32,000 nucleotides of DNA from Erysipelotrichaceae bacterium (GTDB lineage: Bacteria > Bacillota_I > Bacilli_A > Erysipelotrichales > Erysipelotrichaceae), in NCBI GenBank assembly GCA_963676105.1, contig OY781039.1, positions 660,001 through 692,000 of the forward strand, read 5' to 3'. Shown here in pieces: positions 24,190-32,000 of the stretch (positions within the stretch are counted from its first letter, which is position 1; each line of letters begins with the position of its first letter). The notes under the pieces are model-generated. The model worked only from the letters and a program-made list of their open reading frames with translations, was not told the origin of the DNA and did not search any database. The translations under genes were made by a program, and so were the position numbers.

Positions 24190-24978
24190 TTAAGATTCTT
24201 TATAGGCATTTACATAAGCAGATAGAATAATATCGAAAACATAGTCAATTCCATATTTCCCATACATAAAGCTACTTTCTCCTGATACATCGTGTTTACT
24301 TAAGTGATATACCTTATCGTATCCTGCATTAAGCTTTGGATCACGATTTCCTGTATACAGTGTTTTATGAGCTTTTGAATCCTTAATAAAAGGATAAATT
24401 GCATTTGCAAATACCCCAGTAACCGATAGTGTTATCATGCAATCACGCTCATTTGCTTCACAAATCATGGTGTGATCTTCATAACTATCAGAAACTAAGT
24501 AAATAATTTTCCCATACAAAGCCATCGCTTGTTGGAAGTTTTTGATGACAGATGTCGAAGCATCTGACGTCAAGATAATGACATAGCGTGAATCATGTAG
24601 AACTTTGATAATTGAATCAACTTCTTCCGTATCCATACGATAATCTAGTTCTTCAATCATTTCATTGATTTCTTTCGTTAATTTCGAGCGATAATCTTCT
24701 CGTCCATAATGTTTAACAGATTGAGTCATCTTATCGTCGTATTCTTTAAATTCATTCTTGAGGTCTAAAAAGCTACCATAGCCTAAAGACTTACAAAAAC
24801 GACGAACACTTGATCGAGAAACAAAACATTCTGCCGCTACATCAAAAATATTGAGTTTTGAAAGTTCTTGATAATGCTCCAGAAAATATTTAGCGAGTAC
24901 TGCACTAGAATCATCTGGTGAATTGTCATTCAAAACGGTAAACAAAGAATTCAATAGGCCTAATCGGTTTATGCGCAT
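24190..24978 (-). CDS. RpiR/MurR-family transcriptional regulator (HTH_6 plus SIS domain)
   Basis: 262 aa. The HTH is IFDVAAECFVSRSSVRRFCKSLGYGSF, and the C-terminal part is a SIS-like sugar-phosphate sensor domain. AGGAGG lies at 24984-24989 (minus strand). Confidence 0.85.
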   Translation of the reverse strand: MRINRLGLLNSLFTVLNDNSPDDSSAVLAKYFLEHYQELSKLNIFDVAAECFVSRSSVRRFCKSLGYGSFLDLKNEFKEYDDKMTQSVKHYGREDYRSKLTKEINEMIEELDYRMDTEEVDSIIKVLHDSRYVIILTSDASTSVIKNFQQAMALYGKIIYLVSDSYEDHTMICEANERDCMITLSVTGVFANAIYPFIKDSKAHKTLYTGNRDPKLNAGYDKVYHLSKHDVSGESSFMYGKYGIDYVFDIILSAYVNAYKES

Positions 24979-25014
24979 AAGATCCTCCTATCAAGTCTAT
25001 TCAATCTAGTTTCG

Positions 25015-25059
25015 ATTATAGCAAGCGCTTTCTTTTGATGGGGTTCACAAACTGAACCC
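25015..25059 (-). promoter_or_regulatory. Extended -10 promoter (TGcTATAAT) of the rpiR-bgl operon with an upstream inverted repeat GGGTTCA-N5-TGAACCC
   Basis: On the minus strand, TGCTATAAT occupies 25023-25015, about 37 nt upstream of the ATG. A perfect 7-bp-arm inverted repeat at 25041-25059 covers the -35 region. Confidence 0.5.
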
Positions 25060-25354
25060 ATTGAAACAAATATTAAATAAATCTTGGATATTTGTATCAT
25101 TTTGGGTTCAATTTTTGCACCCAAAAATAATTCACTCTATTTTAACATGCAACATTATTATCAAAAATCACTATCTTGGAATAAGAATTGAATAGTTCTT
25201 TACTTATTTAAAGAGTATAAAATGAGGCAATCTAAAACCTTCATAATTTCGCATATAACACTTCTTTAAATATTTTTGAATTGCCTTGAATATTTTAATT
25301 TAAGCATTAATCAAGTATATCTCTCATCATTTCTTCAACTGATTTAAAAGTTTC

Positions 25355-25378
25355 TTTAAAAAACACTCTATTGAGTGT
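25355..25378 (-). terminator. Rho-independent terminator of the nuclease gene
   Basis: On the minus strand, ACACTC-aata-GAGTGT (25378-25363) is followed by a T-run (complement of A25358-25362). Confidence 0.6.
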
Positions 25379-26637
25379 CATTCCCCTACCATCCCATCAT
25401 TGTCTCCATCAATCATATAAGGATATAACCAATGATCTGAATGAATAGGCATACTAAAACCAGCCGCCTTTGCTTCAGCTATTGTGATGGTCCCGTTATG
25501 GTTTGTATCAATTGAACTAATATCATTGGTATCAGATATTTCTGAATTGTTGGCTGTTGTCACAGGATTAGGATTAACATTATCAAATTCGTCTGTTGTT
25601 AGGTGGCCATTGATGATATAGGAAAAATTATAATGAGACGGAATTTGTGTTTGAGTATTTGGATAAGTAATGATCGCAATAAACTGTGTCACAGCTAGTG
25701 CTGATCGAATACTGCTTTCCATATAGGCTTGATCTCCAAATCGATTCAAATTTGAATTTTGTGGTGTAATATTATAGGCATTCGCAACACCACCAAGTGA
25801 ATCTGCAATGACATGCCCTTGGTCTAAATCAGGATCTTCTGTTCCTTCAACATTGGCTTCATCACGACAATAACGACCTTCTCCTAAAAGTACTTCTGTA
25901 CTCTCATCTTGCCGTGTGATATGTTCTGCTAGTACAACTGTAAGTTGTCCATAATCATTGGTAAAGGCGTAATATTCACGATCACCATAACCGATATCAA
26001 CGACTACATTAGCCTCTCTTCCACCAGATAAATCACATTTATCAACTTCAATTAAACGATGTTCTAATAAATCTAAGTGTGAAAGTTGATCAACTAACCA
26101 ATCTGAGTCCATATCCAATTTTGCTTCATTGATATGAACGATTAATTGTTTTTCAAAATTATCAATCGAATAGCTAACCGTATAAGTACCTGCAAGTCGT
26201 GTGTTAACAGGATTGATGATATTAATATTTGGATCATTATTAATATAAGCTCTAGGATCAAAAACAGAACCATAGTCTAAACTTAATTCATCTATGGATA
26301 ATAAAATCGGTTCTTCTATAACTTTTACAAGCAGTGTTTTTTCATCATTTGAACTTGAATAAACAACCTGATATTCACCTACTTGATTTATATCAACATT
26401 ACTGGAAACACTTAATTGATTAATAATGGATGCATCTACGTATTCATAGGGATCAAAGTCATCACCAATGATAAGTTCAATGGAATCAAAAAGTAAATTG
26501 ATACTCAGTGTTTTATTTGAATTGACCGAACTTATTTCTTCATTTATACCTGTTGATGAACAAGCAGTTAATAATGTAAAAAACAAAAGCGTTAGAATGC
26601 TTTGTTTATGTAAAAAATGTTTTATTTGATTTAACAT
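25378..26637 (-). CDS. Surface lipoprotein nuclease (Ig-like repeats, DNA/RNA non-specific endonuclease core, C-terminal Ca-binding motifs)
   Basis: ATG at 26637 lies 9 nt after the AGGTGAT SD; the ORF-track GTG is at 26646. It has a signal peptide with lipobox LLTAC. Two ~50-aa repeats are present (DFDPYEYVD...YQVVYSS / VFDPRAYIN...YTVSYSI). The nuclease motif is DQGHVIADSLGG...NITPQNSNLN. An EF-hand-like loop (DTNHNGTITIAE) and an Excalibur-like terminal motif (DGDNDGMVGE) follow. Confidence 0.8.
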   Translation of the reverse strand: MLNQIKHFLHKQSILTLLFFTLLTACSSTGINEEISSVNSNKTLSINLLFDSIELIIGDDFDPYEYVDASIINQLSVSSNVDINQVGEYQVVYSSSNDEKTLLVKVIEEPILLSIDELSLDYGSVFDPRAYINNDPNINIINPVNTRLAGTYTVSYSIDNFEKQLIVHINEAKLDMDSDWLVDQLSHLDLLEHRLIEVDKCDLSGGREANVVVDIGYGDREYYAFTNDYGQLTVVLAEHITRQDESTEVLLGEGRYCRDEANVEGTEDPDLDQGHVIADSLGGVANAYNITPQNSNLNRFGDQAYMESSIRSALAVTQFIAIITYPNTQTQIPSHYNFSYIINGHLTTDEFDNVNPNPVTTANNSEISDTNDISSIDTNHNGTITIAEAKAAGFSMPIHSDHWLYPYMIDGDNDGMVGE

Positions 26638-26707
26638 ACACACCACATCACCTAAATATAGAATAACTTAAATAAGTTCTAAAAAAATATCATATTGTAA
26701 AAAACAC

Positions 26708-26736
26708 TTGACTTGGACTTAAGTCCAACGTATATA
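26708..26736 (+). promoter_or_regulatory. Promoter of the MFS gene with a perfect 16-bp palindromic operator
   Basis: The -35 is TTGACT (26708-26713), the spacer is 17 nt and the -10 is TATATA (26731-26736). The palindrome TTGGACTT|AAGTCCAA (26713-26728) fills the spacer. GGAGA lies 8 nt before the ATG at 26759. Confidence 0.65.
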
Positions 26737-26758
26737 GTAGTGCTTGGAGAAATAAACT

Positions 26759-27907
26759 ATGAAAAATTTGAAGAGATTATTATATGTCTTTGCATCAATG
26801 AGTTTTGTCATTGGTATGACAAACTTTATCTTTAACGGCATTCTAGATAAAATCGCATTTGATTTAGGTGTAAGTATTGCTGAGGCAGGTTTACTCATTA
26901 CTTCTGCTTCATTAGGTTCTGCCTTTGGTGCACCATTAGTTGTACTTGTTTTCGCTAAAGCGAATCGTAAACACTTGATGTTAGGACTTTTAATCATTAG
27001 TGCATTAACAATGGCAATTATTGGTTATGTACAAGACTACAACACCTTATTAATTATACGTTTCTTTAGTGGTTTAAGTATCAACAGCTACGGTATCTTA
27101 TCTTTCGCATCTGTTATATCTTTATCTGATCCTAAAAGACAAGGAAGATCATTGGCCTTCTTAATTACAGGAACTACCCTATCCTTAATAGTAGGTATTC
27201 CTTTAACACGTATTTTAGTTGATGTGATCAGTTGGCGTACTATTTTCTACGCCTTTGCTTTAGTCACCTTAGTGATTTCAGTTTTATTCTTTTATATGTT
27301 ACCTAAACCTAAAGATCATTATGAACGATTAGCACTAAAAGAAGAATTTAAATATCTAAAAAACGGAAGGATTCTATCCATTTATTTATTTACAATTTTA
27401 ATGTTTATAGGTTATGGCGTGATTTTAACGTATAGCACACCTTTTTTAATTGAACGCTTCACCTTTTTAGAAAAATGGATGAGTTTAATTTTAGTTGCGC
27501 TTGGATTTGCTACATTCTTTGGCAATAATGTTGGCGGTCATTTAACCGATAAGATTGGTTATGCGAAGGCCATGTGGTTAGGCTCAGTGCTTCAAACTGC
27601 TTCAGTCGCCTTCCTGATCCTTTTTGCCTCAAATGGGATTCTAAATGTTAGCTTTGTCGTACTAATCTATTTCTCAGCATGGTTAACAGGTCTACAAATG
27701 AATATTGGAATCATTCAACTGAGCCATCATGATGCAAACTTTGTATTATCAATTAATGGTTCAGGTATACAACTTGGCGTAACCATTGGATCATATTTAG
27801 GATCATTGATTATTGTTTCATTTGGTATTGCTTATATTCCTTATTTAGCTCTAGCTTCAGCACTCTCAATTCTCATCCTACAAAGTATCGTCATATCACA
27901 AAAATAA
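26759..27907 (+). CDS. MFS transporter
   Basis: 382 aa with about 12 hydrophobic segments and an MFS-type loop after TM2 (FAKANRKHLMLG). The substrate is not inferable. Confidence 0.85.
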   Translation: MKNLKRLLYVFASMSFVIGMTNFIFNGILDKIAFDLGVSIAEAGLLITSASLGSAFGAPLVVLVFAKANRKHLMLGLLIISALTMAIIGYVQDYNTLLIIRFFSGLSINSYGILSFASVISLSDPKRQGRSLAFLITGTTLSLIVGIPLTRILVDVISWRTIFYAFALVTLVISVLFFYMLPKPKDHYERLALKEEFKYLKNGRILSIYLFTILMFIGYGVILTYSTPFLIERFTFLEKWMSLILVALGFATFFGNNVGGHLTDKIGYAKAMWLGSVLQTASVAFLILFASNGILNVSFVVLIYFSAWLTGLQMNIGIIQLSHHDANFVLSINGSGIQLGVTIGSYLGSLIIVSFGIAYIPYLALASALSILILQSIVISQK

Positions 27908-27928
27908 AAGCTCATTTCGAGCTTTTTT
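27907..27928. terminator. Bidirectional terminator between the convergent MFS genes
   Basis: AAAGCTC-atttc-GAGCTTT (27907-27925) is flanked by an A-run on the left and a T-run on the right. It fills the 22-nt gap between the two stop codons. Confidence 0.75.
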
Positions 27929-27929
27929 C

Positions 27930-29144
27930 TTATAGACTATTCGCAAAATTTTCTTCAATATTATTGATGTGATTACGAAAAACAACAATAATAATGATAC
28001 CTAATAATAAAGGAATTATCATTGCTAACCACATGATTGAATAACCATAATTCTCTACAAAAAAGCCAGCAATCAATGGACCTATTAAATTAGATAAATC
28101 AATCCCAATAAAATTTGTAGATGTTGCTGAACCACTACGTTCTTCTTCAACTGTTTTAATGACTAATGTTTGGATAGCTGGAAATACAGCACCAAAACCA
28201 AATGCATTCACAAAGGCAGCTAGTAAATAGGTGTATAAACTATGCGCTTGACTGATAATAATAAATGACAAGACTGTCATGAGGATGGCGGGAATACCTA
28301 TTTTTACAAAACCAAATCGATCAACAAGATTAGTAATAAGAGGTCGTGAAACAAACATCGTTACGGCATAAGTTGTAAAGAATAATCCAATCCCATTCAC
28401 AACCCCATTTTCTGCCGCTGAAACGATTAAAAAGGCATTGATTGTCACAAATACCATTACCACAAAAAATGAGATCATCGTGGGTATAATCGCCTCTTTC
28501 GCAATGATACTATCAAGGCTAAAACTGAATTTACGTTTTAGTCTAAACGGCATCTGCATGGATAAAGTCAATATTGCAGAAACAAACATGATCATCGCAT
28601 TAATCAGATAAACGTTTGAATAGCCCACAAGATCAACCAAAAACAAACCGGTAGAGGGTCCTAAAGCTTGCGCCACAACCATAGCCAAGGAATAATAACC
28701 AATGCCCTTATTAAAGTGTTTTCGAGGAATGGCTTCTGTCGCAATCGCAAAACAACTAACCATCCCAAAGGCATTACCTATCCCTTGGATAAGTCTAAAT
28801 AGTATCAACATTTCATAGGTTGTTGAAAAACTAAAACCAAGGTAAGAAATGATCATGATAATAATTGAAAACAAGAGTAAATACTTTCGATTCATTGAAT
28901 CAAGTGCAGGTCCTGCAACAAATCTAAACGATAAACCAGTGATTGAAAAAACACCCATTAAAAATCCGATTTGAGATGCTGTCGATCCTATGGAATGTGC
29001 ATATACAGCTAATAATGAATTCGACATCATCGCCCCTAACCCAAAGGTCATATTTGCTAGAAAAACGGTCACAAAAAGTTTGTTGAAAATCTTGTCATTA
29101 TCTTTCTCTTTATAAATTACATTTTCATTTTCATATACAGTCAT
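27930..29144 (-). CDS. MFS transporter
   Basis: 404 aa with about 12 hydrophobic segments and an MFS motif-A-like GPALDSMNRKYLL between TM2 and TM3. Confidence 0.85.
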   Translation of the reverse strand: MTVYENENVIYKEKDNDKIFNKLFVTVFLANMTFGLGAMMSNSLLAVYAHSIGSTASQIGFLMGVFSITGLSFRFVAGPALDSMNRKYLLLFSIIIMIISYLGFSFSTTYEMLILFRLIQGIGNAFGMVSCFAIATEAIPRKHFNKGIGYYSLAMVVAQALGPSTGLFLVDLVGYSNVYLINAMIMFVSAILTLSMQMPFRLKRKFSFSLDSIIAKEAIIPTMISFFVVMVFVTINAFLIVSAAENGVVNGIGLFFTTYAVTMFVSRPLITNLVDRFGFVKIGIPAILMTVLSFIIISQAHSLYTYLLAAFVNAFGFGAVFPAIQTLVIKTVEEERSGSATSTNFIGIDLSNLIGPLIAGFFVENYGYSIMWLAMIIPLLLGIIIIVVFRNHINNIEENFANSL

Positions 29145-29340
29145 AAAATTCTACTTTCAATCATTTAATCATTCCGACTTAAAAATAATACTTCTATTTA
29201 CTGTTTTTGAAACAGAAAAAAATGCATATTATCAAACAAGTATAGAGTCATATTTTATAACTATCATAAATTTAATTATCACTAGATACATTTAGTTAAA
29301 TATATCTATAAACTAAAAACATGCGACTGATTCTTTAATA

Positions 29341-29362
29341 AAAAAACTCAAGATTGAGTTTT
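29341..29362 (-). terminator. Rho-independent terminator of diguanylate cyclase gene 1
   Basis: On the minus strand, AAAACTC-aatctt-GAGTTTT is followed by further T residues (complement of A29341-29342), immediately after the TGA at 29364-29366. Confidence 0.65.
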
Positions 29363-29363
29363 T

Positions 29364-30488
29364 TCAGTTACATACAATTTGGTTTTTACCTTGGTGTTTA
29401 GCTTTATATAGACGTTCATCAGCAAGCGACAATAACTTATCACCTGCATGATCTTTCAGTTCTGATAAGCCACCACTAATGGACATCTTAATATGATCAA
29501 ACTGAAGTTTTGAAACAGCTTCACGTATACGATTAGAAACAATACAAGCATTTTCTAAAGACGTCTCAGGTAGAATGACTAAGAACTCTTCCCCACCATA
29601 GCGACCAATTAAATCGGTATCACGAACCGATTTATATATACTCTTCGCAACTTCTAAGATAACTTTATCCCCTTCTTGATGACCAAAGGTATCATTGATT
29701 TCTTTAAAGTCATCTATGTCTAACATGAGAATGGATAAGTCTTGTCCATACCGTTGTGCTTGGGCAATCGCTTGTTCCATTTGAAGCAAGATACTTTCAT
29801 GATTATAAAAGCGTGTCATCGCATCTCGTTTATTTAATTCTTCGAGTTGTTCATTTAAATCAACTTGACGTTTATGGTTATACCAAAGTTCAACCGTCTT
29901 CTGATTAGATTTAATCCCTAAATACCAAGCAATCACGGTAAAGACGATAATATTATCGACCATGTGAAACATCGATTCTGGGTTATTGGACAATATGATA
30001 ATAAATACAACATTAATAATCAATGATAGTACTGTTAAAAAGGTTAATGAAACAACTGGTATATAGACTGTAACTGATAAAATCATAATCGTCGCAATAT
30101 ACATATGAACAAAATCAAAACGATTAATGGTCACAATATTTAAACAAGTCGCAAGTCCAATAAAATTGGCAATAATAATATGTTCTAGTTTAAACATGCT
30201 CATAAAATCAGACTTAAAGTGATTTCGTTTATGTTTAAAAGCTGGGATTAATAAAAGACCATTGCTCACGACAAACGCCATTGAAACATAACGAATTTTA
30301 AAATCTATACTAGGTAGAAATGCTAAGATAATTTCTAAGATTTCTAGGCCAATCATGATTTTATAGATCTGCTCAAAATTCTCTACTACTTTTTCATTTG
30401 AAAACTCATCCCGATAGTGTTCCATTTCCTCAGCTGTGTGGGTTGGTGATACTAAATGATAATAGAGATTTTTCACAGAGTTATTCAT
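29364..30488 (-). CDS. Membrane-bound diguanylate cyclase (GGDEF domain, GGEEF active site, RxxD I-site)
   Basis: 374 aa. The N-terminal ~200 aa carry about 6 hydrophobic helices. The C-terminal GGDEF domain has DIDDFKEINDTFGHQEGD and RDTDLIGRYGGEEF. Confidence 0.9.
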   Translation of the reverse strand: MNNSVKNLYYHLVSPTHTAEEMEHYRDEFSNEKVVENFEQIYKIMIGLEILEIILAFLPSIDFKIRYVSMAFVVSNGLLLIPAFKHKRNHFKSDFMSMFKLEHIIIANFIGLATCLNIVTINRFDFVHMYIATIMILSVTVYIPVVSLTFLTVLSLIINVVFIIILSNNPESMFHMVDNIIVFTVIAWYLGIKSNQKTVELWYNHKRQVDLNEQLEELNKRDAMTRFYNHESILLQMEQAIAQAQRYGQDLSILMLDIDDFKEINDTFGHQEGDKVILEVAKSIYKSVRDTDLIGRYGGEEFLVILPETSLENACIVSNRIREAVSKLQFDHIKMSISGGLSELKDHAGDKLLSLADERLYKAKHQGKNQIVCN

Positions 30489-30581
30489 ACATTTAATATA
30501 GCACTAGACATTACAAAAAAACGTAGTAATTGTATTAAAATCTTATTTTTTTATACAATTTATATCTATATTTAATGACTT

Positions 30582-31706
30582 TTAGATATTTAATCGAATT
30601 TGATTTTTACCACTGTGTTTTGCGGCATATAAATTCTTATCAGCTAGTTTTATTAAATCTTTACTACTGTGATTATTTGATTCTGATATTCCACCGCTAA
30701 TGGTTATTTTAAAATCTTTAAATTCAATATTTTGTACAGCTAAACGAATACGCTCTGCAATTTCATACGCTTGATTATGGGTCGTTTCTGGGAAAATAAT
30801 CATAAACTCTTCCCCACCATAACGACCAATTAAGTCATTATTTCGAACTTGTTGACGAATGGTTTTAGATACTTCGATTAAAACAGTATCGCCATATTGA
30901 TGACCATAAGTATCATTTACGTTTTTAAAGTCATCTAAATCTAAGATAAGAATGGATAAGTTTTCTTTGTTTAATTTCGCTTTTTCAATCGAGTTATCAA
31001 GGAGTTGGAAGATCTTTTCATGATTATAAAATTGTGTCATCGAATCTTTTTGAGCTAATTCCTCAAGTTGAATATTAGCTTCTTTTTGATTATGGTAATT
31101 CATCCAAATAATAATACGATTACGATTTGACAAAATACCTAGATACCACGCAAGCGCAATGAAAATCACAATATTCATAATTTCAAAGCGAACTACCAGC
31201 GGGTCAGTATGATAATACAAGACTCCGATAATATTAAAGATTTGACTAATGATTGCTAGCCAAGCTAGTGTATCTGATTTGATGTGCAGTATAACAGATG
31301 CAAAAACAAAGAACACAATAAAAAGATGCACTAAAACTAAACGATCTGCTTCAAATAAATTATAAATACTGGTTAAGAAAATAAAGTTTATAAGAATTAA
31401 ACTTTGAACTCTTAACATTGATTTATAACGAACACCGTAATTTCGTTTTCTAAAGTTATAAACAATCATTAAACAAAATGCATTCACAATTAGAAAAAAT
31501 ACAATCGCTAACTTTGTTTTGTAGGCAAAATCAAAAAAGAGTATCCCAATTTGAACAAAGTTTGAAATGAGCATTAAACCCCATAGATGCTCTAAATTGA
31601 TTTTTGTTTGTTCAAAAAGAAACTCAAAGCGATATGGGAATACAGCTTTGTGTTCAGGTTTCGGATAGGCAAAATCATAGAAGAATTCTATAAATTTTTT
31701 AATCAT
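30582..31706 (-). CDS. Membrane-bound diguanylate cyclase, paralog 2
   Basis: 374 aa with the same architecture: DLDDFKNVNDTYGHQYGD and RNNDLIGRYGGEEF. It is colinear with 29364..30488. Confidence 0.9.
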   Translation of the reverse strand: MIKKFIEFFYDFAYPKPEHKAVFPYRFEFLFEQTKINLEHLWGLMLISNFVQIGILFFDFAYKTKLAIVFFLIVNAFCLMIVYNFRKRNYGVRYKSMLRVQSLILINFIFLTSIYNLFEADRLVLVHLFIVFFVFASVILHIKSDTLAWLAIISQIFNIIGVLYYHTDPLVVRFEIMNIVIFIALAWYLGILSNRNRIIIWMNYHNQKEANIQLEELAQKDSMTQFYNHEKIFQLLDNSIEKAKLNKENLSILILDLDDFKNVNDTYGHQYGDTVLIEVSKTIRQQVRNNDLIGRYGGEEFMIIFPETTHNQAYEIAERIRLAVQNIEFKDFKITISGGISESNNHSSKDLIKLADKNLYAAKHSGKNQIRLNI

Positions 31707-31783
31707 AAACTAATTGTATCGAAAAAAGATTATATAAATATACTGACATGCACTTAATCGTATGAAAATACTTATTTTATCGT

Positions 31784-32000
31784 TTAATGTGATTCTATTC
31801 TATTCTTACCCATGCTTTTAGCTTTATATAGACGACTATCTGCTAGTTCAATCAGTTCATCTCTTGTATGATTATCCAATATTGATAATCCACCTGAAAT
31901 GGTTAGTCGGATTTTATCTATTCTCAGATTCTCAACGGTCTCTCTTATTCTTTCGGAAACATTTAAAGCTTGATTAAGATTTGCGCCTGGAAAGATAACC
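31784..32000 (-). CDS. Diguanylate cyclase paralog 3, C-terminal fragment (5' part beyond the window edge)
   Basis: This fragment is absent from the ORF track because it has no start within the window. Hand translation of the minus strand gives VIFPGANLNQALNVSERIRETVENLRIDKIRLTISGGLSILDNHTRDELIELADSRLYKAKSMGKNRIESH*. This aligns with the C-termini of the two upstream paralogs. Confidence 0.8.
   Translation of the reverse strand, partial: VIFPGANLNQALNVSERIRETVENLRIDKIRLTISGGLSILDNHTRDELIELADSRLYKAKSMGKNRIESH

Noticed and set aside
26719-26997. 92-aa minus-strand ORF overlapping the MFS promoter and the 5' coding region
   Set aside because: It is antisense to the MFS gene and spans its promoter/operator. 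There is no independent evidence for it.
1-32000. Search for tRNA, rRNA, CRISPR arrays, transposases, integrases and prophage genes
   Set aside because: None was seen. The intergenic regions are short or AT-rich with no cloverleaf-like GC structure. No regularly spaced repeats and no recombinase-like ORF are present on either strand.

Overview
This is an AT-rich chromosomal window, probably from a Firmicutes or Mollicutes-like organism. It uses the standard genetic code: TGA serves as the stop for hsdR, addB and the nuclease gene, and Trp is encoded by TGG. I support 24 CDS, one of them cut by the right edge. I found no rRNA, tRNA, CRISPR array, transposase or integrase.

Layout, left to right:
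- 14-1137: a tandem pair of Cys-rich paralogs.
- 1211-2677: a His-rich CDF metal exporter translationally abutted to a macro-domain protein.
- 2787-3554: a higBA-type toxin-antitoxin cassette, flanked by 55-nt direct repeats that duplicate the 3' end of addA.
- 3493-16880: a 13.4-kb string of minus-strand genes with no terminator I can see. It runs hsdM-hsdS-hsdR (a complete type I R-M system), then two unknown genes, then addB-addA.
- 17007-20462: a 1150-aa SIR2-domain protein, divergent from hsdM.
- 20851-24978: an RpiR-regulated beta-glucoside PTS / 6-phospho-beta-glucosidase operon.
- 25378-26637: a surface nuclease lipoprotein.
- 26759-29144: two MFS transporters.
- 29364-32000: three tandem membrane diguanylate cyclases.

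The best candidates for something undescribed lie in the defence island at about 9.3-20.7 kb:
1. The very AT-rich SIR2 protein. Its catalytic Asn/His pair is intact and its C-terminal ~870 aa contain nothing I recognise. It has a DSR-like architecture.
2. A translationally coupled two-gene cassette wedged between hsdR and addB. It encodes a membrane-anchored 196-aa protein and a 362-aa helical protein with a possible HEPN Rx5H motif.

All calls come from reading the sequence and motif recognition only. No BLAST, HMM or structure searches were possible. The G+C figures quoted are hand counts of single 60-nt lines.
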